Source: an uncultured Gammaproteobacteria bacterium (GTDB lineage: Bacteria; Patescibacteriota; Microgenomatia; Daviesbacterales; UBA10151). Taken from it: 5,774 nucleotides of DNA. A program made the position numbers and the translations under genes. Position 1 is the stretch's first letter, and each line of letters starts with the position of its first letter. Location: contig CAZFVS010000070.1 of the NCBI GenBank assembly GCA_964522265.1, positions 1 through 5,774 of the forward strand. The letters are read 5' to 3'. This document shows positions 1-4,296 of the stretch, piece after piece. The notes under the pieces were generated by a model that did not search any database, had not been told where the DNA came from, and saw only the letters and a program-made list of their open reading frames with translations.

Positions 1-79
1 TGAGAAAGTTATGGATTGCTGGGGTGATCTAATTGTGGTTTTGCACCAAACTCGTATGTTGTGGTAGAGGATTGTGAGT

Positions 80-116
80 GTTAGATCCACTTTGAGGGTC
101 TAGACGCCTTTTTTTT
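80..116 (+). terminator. Candidate rho-independent terminator (imperfect hairpin plus T8) ending an upstream transcription unit
   Basis: The 5' arm gttagatcc (80-88) pairs with the 3' arm gggtctagac (96-105) around a 7-nt loop. The stem has one bulged C and one G-U wobble. It is followed by gcc and then eight T (109-116). The stem is short and imperfect, and the T-run is offset by 3 nt. Confidence 0.3.
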
Positions 117-131
117 CACGCAGTATAAACA

Positions 132-163
132 AGCTACTAGATAGATAGGTTCTAGCTTCTAGT
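132..163. repeat. Upstream arm of CTAG-core repeats: agctActag (132-140) and ctagcttctagt (152-163)
   Basis: ctagcttctagt (152-163) is the exact reverse complement of actagaagctag (517-528). A second, one-mismatch copy (agctactag) lies 20 nt upstream. Read directly from the sequence. Confidence 0.85.
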
Positions 164-169
164 AATACA

Positions 170-535
170 ATGTGGATAAAATCATATAAAGAATTAATTG
201 TTTGGCAAAAAGCTGTGGGACTTGTAAAAGAGATATTTAAACTTACAAGGAACTTTCCAAAATCAGAAATTTATGGAATTACACAACAAATGAGGCGTGC
301 TTCAATATCTATTCCATCCAATATTGCCGAAGGATCTGGAAGAAATTCAAAAAAAGAACTTAGTAGATTCTATTCAATTGCTTATGGATCAACTCTAGAG
401 CTAGAAACTCAACTGATAATAAGTCAAGAATTATCCTTAAGTTCTAAAGATACTTTTTTAACCAGTTTTGGATTATTAGAAGAAGTTTCTAAAATGTTAA
501 GAGTTATGATTAATAAACTAGAAGCTAGTAACTAG
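170..535 (+). CDS. Four-helix-bundle protein, 23S rRNA intervening-sequence protein / Avd-like family (TIGR02436, PF05635-type)
   Basis: The 121-aa ORF carries the family hallmark motifs: Y-x-x-L-x-V-W-Q-K-A, FPK-x-E-x-Y-G-I-x-x-Q-M-R-R-A-S-I-S-I-P-S-N-I-A-E-G, and A-Y-G-S-x-x-E-L-E-T-Q-L. Size and motif spacing are typical of the family. Confidence 0.92.
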   Translation: MWIKSYKELIVWQKAVGLVKEIFKLTRNFPKSEIYGITQQMRRASISIPSNIAEGSGRNSKKELSRFYSIAYGSTLELETQLIISQELSLSSKDTFLTSFGLLEEVSKMLRVMINKLEASN

Positions 536-541
536 AAGCTA
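517..541. repeat. Downstream arm of CTAG-core repeats: actagaagcta tandem pair (517-527 and 531-541, spacer gta)
   Basis: The direct repeat actagaagcta-gta-actagaagcta overlaps the last codons and the TAG stop (533-535) of the four-helix-bundle gene. Copy 517-528 is a perfect 12-nt inverted match to 152-163. Confidence 0.85.
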
Positions 542-546
542 AAATT

Positions 547-1638
547 ATGGAAGCACATCCTGTTCCACAAAATGTCACCAGTTTTGAATTCCATTTAGTT
601 GGGGATATGACCTTAAAACAGTTTGGGTATCTGGCTACGGGTTTGAGCTTTGCTTATCTGGTTTTTTTTATTTTTGCCACCCCGGCCCCTTATATTGCCT
701 GGCCTATTATTATCACATCCTCTTTAATAGGAATCATGTTTGCCTTCCTGCCAATTAGGGAACGTCCGCTGGATCATTGGGTGGGAGCATTTTTTAATGC
801 CATCTTTAAACCAACCCAATTTATTTATAAATCTGCTGTTGTGATAAAAGAGGATCCTTTTTTCCAAAAAAGGTTAAGTTTTTACCTTTCGCAATCAACC
901 AATGAACCATTAGGTAAACCTTCATGGGGAATCACCCCAAGTGTTTCTTTGCCTGCTTCAACACCAAGCATCAACCCACCACAACCAAACCAGCCCAAAA
1001 CCAGCCAGCCTCCTGTAGCTGAACAGCCGCCCACAAAAGAGGTTAATTTTTTTGAAAAACACAAACTACCAAGCACCAAAGACTTAAAAGAAACAGTTGA
1101 ACTTGCTAAACAGGCTCAGACGATCCAGGTAAAAATCATCGAAACAGAAAAACAGCTCAGCCAGGTAAAATCTCAGGCCTCAGAACCAGGAGCAGATCCC
1201 ACAAGATTCGAAAAAGACTTCCGTATTATTTTGGATAACCTGCAAAAACTAAACAACGAGGCTAGTGAGATTTCAAAACAATTGGCTAATCTTTCCAAAA
1301 CTCCTACAGAAAAGGTTTTTACACCTGCTATTACAGCCAAAAGTATTCCCACTATCAGGCTAACTTCGGTCGAGAATATCTTAAACGGCATCACCACTGA
1401 CTCTCAGGGGAATTACATCGAGGGGGCAATATTGGTTGCCCATGATAAACAGGGATTACCTGTAAGGGCATTAAGAACTAATAAGCTGGGTCAATTTATC
1501 GCCGCCACACCTCTCCCGAATGGTGTTTATACCTTAACCTGCGAAAAGGATAATCTTATCTTTGATACCATCAGAGTAGAACTCAACGGCCAGGTTCTGC
1601 AGCCTGTGATGATTTCAGCAAAGAAGGGTGGGGTATGA
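547..1638 (+). CDS. PrgI/VirB3-like T4SS membrane protein with long C-terminal extension (Pro-rich linker, coiled coil, CarboxypepD_reg-like beta-sandwich)
   Basis: The N-terminus (PVPQNV..FEFHLVGDMTLKQFGYLATG) is followed by a hydrophobic hairpin of two predicted TM helices (aa ~26-70, nt 622-756), as in PrgI-family/VirB3-like proteins. The gene also sits upstream of a VirB4 gene. Residues ~125-165 are P/Q/S-rich and ~178-252 are heptad-like and charged. Residues ~278-360 (nt 1378-1626) read LNGITTDSQGNYIEGAILV...TNKLGQFIAATPLPNGVYTLTCEKDNLIF...VELNGQV, which matches the carboxypeptidase-regulatory-like domain pattern. The TGA stop overlaps the next start (ATGA). Confidence 0.75.
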   Translation: MEAHPVPQNVTSFEFHLVGDMTLKQFGYLATGLSFAYLVFFIFATPAPYIAWPIIITSSLIGIMFAFLPIRERPLDHWVGAFFNAIFKPTQFIYKSAVVIKEDPFFQKRLSFYLSQSTNEPLGKPSWGITPSVSLPASTPSINPPQPNQPKTSQPPVAEQPPTKEVNFFEKHKLPSTKDLKETVELAKQAQTIQVKIIETEKQLSQVKSQASEPGADPTRFEKDFRIILDNLQKLNNEASEISKQLANLSKTPTEKVFTPAITAKSIPTIRLTSVENILNGITTDSQGNYIEGAILVAHDKQGLPVRALRTNKLGQFIAATPLPNGVYTLTCEKDNLIFDTIRVELNGQVLQPVMISAKKGGV

Positions 1639-2447
1639 ATACTACACAAAATTTTTTACCAATAAAGGATATTAGAAATGACCTGATTGTTCTAAAAGAC
1701 GGAGGTGTCGCCTGTGTGGTTAAAACTTCCGCTGTAAATTTTGGCCTGCTTTCAGAAAATGAGCAACTCGCCATAATTTCATCTTTTGCAGGTCTTTTAA
1801 ACTCTTTATCGTTTCCTATCCAGATAATGATACGTTCGAAAAGACTGGATATCTCAAGCTATCTGGAAAAGCTTATCGCCGCCCAAAACGCGCAAAAAAA
1901 CCCCTTGCTTCGGGAGATTATGATCCGCTACCGCTCTTTTATTGAAAGTGTAATTAGGGAAAACGAGGTGTTGGATAAACAATTTTATATAACTTTATCA
2001 GTCTCATACCTGGAGCTGGGAGTTATTAATGATATCGAGAAACACTTCACTAAAGCTATGACCATACTCAACCCAAGAAGAGACCATATTATAAGACAGT
2101 TAGAAAGGATTGGACTCCGGGCAATACAGTTAAATAATGAGGGGTTAACCAGGCTGTTTTATGATATTTTTAATGAGATCAAACAGGAAGAAACCCAACT
2201 ACCGGTTGTCTTCCCTAAAACCCAGCAGCAAACTTCAAACCCTACCTTACCAGCCCCTGCTCCTGTACAACCAGAGAGAAAAAACCCTCCTCCCCAACCT
2301 CAACCCCAACCTCAACCCAAACAACCTATGCCTCAACCCTTACCTCAACAAACTGCCCATCTACAACAGCCTGTTGCAGTATATTCCAGTAATCGTTCCA
2401 TCCCTTTTGTTGTTGAAGAGCTGCCTGATGTATACAGCAGTATATGA
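1635..2447 (+). CDS. Hypothetical protein with VirB4-N-terminal-domain-like region and C-terminal (PQ)n low-complexity tail
   Basis: The 270-aa ORF is coupled by ATGA overlaps at both ends. Its N-terminus (QNFLPIKDIRNDLIVLKDGG...VNFGLLSENEQLAIISSFAGLLNSLSFPIQIMIRSKRLD...KQFYITLSVSY) follows the pattern of the N-terminal domain of Gram-positive-type VirB4 proteins. It also parallels SLNISMFIYPSTSKTVLD...RLGLYITVPVQ in the adjacent VirB4. There is no Walker motif, TM helix or signal peptide. The function is inferred. Confidence 0.7.
   Translation: MNTTQNFLPIKDIRNDLIVLKDGGVACVVKTSAVNFGLLSENEQLAIISSFAGLLNSLSFPIQIMIRSKRLDISSYLEKLIAAQNAQKNPLLREIMIRYRSFIESVIRENEVLDKQFYITLSVSYLELGVINDIEKHFTKAMTILNPRRDHIIRQLERIGLRAIQLNNEGLTRLFYDIFNEIKQEETQLPVVFPKTQQQTSNPTLPAPAPVQPERKNPPPQPQPQPQPKQPMPQPLPQQTAHLQQPVAVYSSNRSIPFVVEELPDVYSSI
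2286..2352 (+). repeat. Imperfect tandem hexanucleotide repeat (cctcaa/ccccaa) encoding PPPQPQPQPQPKQPMPQPLPQQ
   Basis: Direct reading gives cct cct ccc caa cct caa ccc caa cct caa ccc aaa caa cct atg cct caa ccc tta cct caa caa. It lies inside the 1635..2447 CDS and also produces the spurious alternative-frame ORF 2161..2472. Confidence 0.8.
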
Positions 2448-4291
2448 ATATACCTTTTCTTTCAAACTCTAAATCAAAACCTCAGCCCCCAAAGTGGCTG
2501 CTGGAAAACCAGGAAGGCGGCAAGCTTTCCATCCCCGATGTTTTAGCACCGGCAGAGATCGAAATTGATTTCTCTTTTATCCGGATAAACAACTCACTCT
2601 ACCGGTCGTTTTTTGTCTCTTCCTATCCGCGTTATATTGAACCAAATTGGCTTGAACCATTAATTGATTTTGATCATTCACTCAACATTTCAATGTTTAT
2701 ATACCCATCAACTTCTAAAACAGTTCTTGATGATTTAAAGAGGAAGATAGCTGAGATGGAGGCCACAATCCAAACAGATATAGAAAGAGGTAGGGCTGTT
2801 AATCCCGCAGTACAGGTCGCCCTGGATGACGCCAGAGAGCTTCAAGACCAGCTGGTCAAAGGTGCAGAGAGGTTTTTCAGACTGGGGCTTTATATCACTG
2901 TACCTGTCCAAAAAAAAGAGCTTTTTGAAACCCTGGAGGACACATCAAAACAGGACAATTCTAAAAAAACCCGTTTTTCAAAAACAATAGAAGACCTTAA
3001 TAATGTTTCCAAACTGGTGGAATCCACCCTTGGTTCAATTTCTATTACCGCCCGTGAAACTACCTTACAGATGGAAGACGCCTTTATCTCCACCCTACCG
3101 CTGGGAATAGATAAGCTCACACTAAACCATAATATGGACACCACCTCACTTGCCACAACCTTTCCTTTTACAACCTCTGAACTGACAGCAAATGAGGGTA
3201 TAATGTATGGGATCAATGAACACAACGGCTCCCTGGTTATCTTTGACAGGTTCTCCCTTGAAAATGCCAATTCTGTAGTTTTTGCCAAATCTGGTGCCGG
3301 GAAATCTTATTTCGTTAAACTGGAAACGCTCAGGTCTTTAATGTTTAACACCCAAATCATCGTGATTGACCCAGAACATGAGTATATTAAACTGGCTGAA
3401 GCGGTCGGGGGGGAATATATTAATTTTTCTTCAGAATCCCCTGTTAAAATTAACCCTTTTGACCTGTCTAATGTCTTTGAAAGCGGTGAAAATGAACTTG
3501 GCCGGAAAATATTAACCCTAACCGGTTTTTTGAAGTTGGTTTTAGGGGAGCTGACATCATCTCAAGCAGCTGTTTTAGACAGAGCCTTGTCTGCTGCCTA
3601 CAGACTCAAGGGGATTACCATGGATGCTAAAACCCAGCATTTACCTCCACCACTCATGGAAGATCTCTATAAAGTACTTATCGGCATGGAGGAGCCTAAC
3701 GCCAAAGAGATTGCATTTAGACTGGAACGGTTTATTAAAGGATCCTTGGCCGGAATATTTTCCGCTCCTTCTAATATAAATTTAAACAGCCAACTGGTTG
3801 TTTTTTCAGTAAGGGATTTGGCTGATCAGCTCCGTCCTTTAGCGATGTACCTCATCTTAGATTATATCTGGACTAAAATAAGGACTAATTTAAAAAAAAG
3901 GCTTTTAATAGTTGATGAAGCATGGTATATGATGAAAAATGCCGACAGCGCAGAGTTCCTGGTTGAGATGGCAAAAAGAGCCAGGAAATATTACCTCGGG
4001 GTCACTACTATCACCCAGGATGTAGAGGATTTTCTGGAAGGAGACAGGGGTAAAGAGATTATTTCCAATTCTTCTATCCAGACACTCTTAAAACAGAGCC
4101 CTTCTTCGATAGATAAAATTGGCCAGGTATTTAACCTGTCAGAAGGGGAAAAACATCTGCTTTTGTCTGCCGGAGTAGGCCAAGGCCTTTTTTTTGCAGG
4201 CCCGTCACATGTAGCAATCCAGATTGTTGCTTCACCGGAAGAACACCAATTGATCACCTCCAACCCTGCTGAACTTATAGCTAAAAACTAA
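2444..4291 (+). CDS. virB4: VirB4/TraC-family type IV secretion ATPase (AAA_10/DUF87-like P-loop NTPase)
   Basis: The 615-aa ORF has Walker A AKSGAGKS (aa 281-288, nt 3284-3307) and Walker B LLIVDEAW (aa 487-494, nt 3902-3925). Downstream it has the RK-YYLGVTTITQ (sensor/arginine-finger region) and LLKQ...LS-GE motifs typical of VirB4/TraC. The N-terminal domain carries the YPRY/-WL--LI pattern. The gene lies downstream of a PrgI/VirB3-like gene. Confidence 0.93.
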   Translation: MNIPFLSNSKSKPQPPKWLLENQEGGKLSIPDVLAPAEIEIDFSFIRINNSLYRSFFVSSYPRYIEPNWLEPLIDFDHSLNISMFIYPSTSKTVLDDLKRKIAEMEATIQTDIERGRAVNPAVQVALDDARELQDQLVKGAERFFRLGLYITVPVQKKELFETLEDTSKQDNSKKTRFSKTIEDLNNVSKLVESTLGSISITARETTLQMEDAFISTLPLGIDKLTLNHNMDTTSLATTFPFTTSELTANEGIMYGINEHNGSLVIFDRFSLENANSVVFAKSGAGKSYFVKLETLRSLMFNTQIIVIDPEHEYIKLAEAVGGEYINFSSESPVKINPFDLSNVFESGENELGRKILTLTGFLKLVLGELTSSQAAVLDRALSAAYRLKGITMDAKTQHLPPPLMEDLYKVLIGMEEPNAKEIAFRLERFIKGSLAGIFSAPSNINLNSQLVVFSVRDLADQLRPLAMYLILDYIWTKIRTNLKKRLLIVDEAWYMMKNADSAEFLVEMAKRARKYYLGVTTITQDVEDFLEGDRGKEIISNSSIQTLLKQSPSSIDKIGQVFNLSEGEKHLLLSAGVGQGLFFAGPSHVAIQIVASPEEHQLITSNPAELIAKN

Positions 4292-4296
4292 CCAAA

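Noticed and set aside
1-90. Possible gene fragment at the left edge: + frame 2 (..EKVMDCWGDLIVVLHQTRMLW*, stop 65-67), or a minus-strand ORF starting at GTG 90-88 and leaving the window
   Set aside because: Only about 22-30 codons are visible in either case, which is well within chance for an open frame. The region is G+T-rich and C-poor on the + strand, hinting at minus-strand coding. The candidate terminator hints instead at a + strand gene end. The evidence conflicts, so I make no call.
115-143. Sigma70-like promoter guess: TTCACG (115-120), 17-nt spacer, TAGATA (138-143)
   Set aside because: Both hexamers match consensus weakly (about 4/6 and 3/6). AT-rich sequence yields many such matches, and the promoter consensus of the likely host lineage is unknown.
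1-546. Diversity-generating retroelement (the four-helix protein acting as Avd, with a VR in the upstream gene end)
   Set aside because: I recognised no reverse transcriptase gene, no TR/VR repeat pair and no C-type-lectin/FGE-like C-terminus in the window. The idea is kept only as something to check in the flanks.
1-560. Four-helix-bundle gene sitting inside a 23S rRNA intervening sequence
   Set aside because: The flanks show no recognisable 23S rRNA helices. The gene is followed 11 nt later by a protein-coding operon. Only the stem-like inverted repeat resembles an IVS.
1636-2447. Alternative genetic code (UGA read as an amino acid, as in some CPR lineages)
   Set aside because: The TGA codons at 1636-1638 and 2445-2447 coincide exactly with ATGA overlaps to well-supported downstream starts. 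The long ORFs contain no in-frame TGA, which fits the standard bacterial code.
2161-2472. Alternative-frame + strand ORF (103 aa) overlapping the end of ORF3 and the start of virB4
   Set aside because: It is the out-of-frame reading of the (PQ)n hexanucleotide repeat (LNPNLNPNNL...). It has no independent start context and lies fully within two well-supported genes, so it is most likely an artefact of repeat periodicity.
2910-3899. A8 tracts inside virB4 (2910-2917 and 3892-3899) as phase-variation sites
   Set aside because: Both encode Lys-Lys (QKKE, LKKR) in an A-rich coding strand. Such runs are expected from composition, and switching a core ATPase on and off is less plausible than for the G8 tract in the surface protein.
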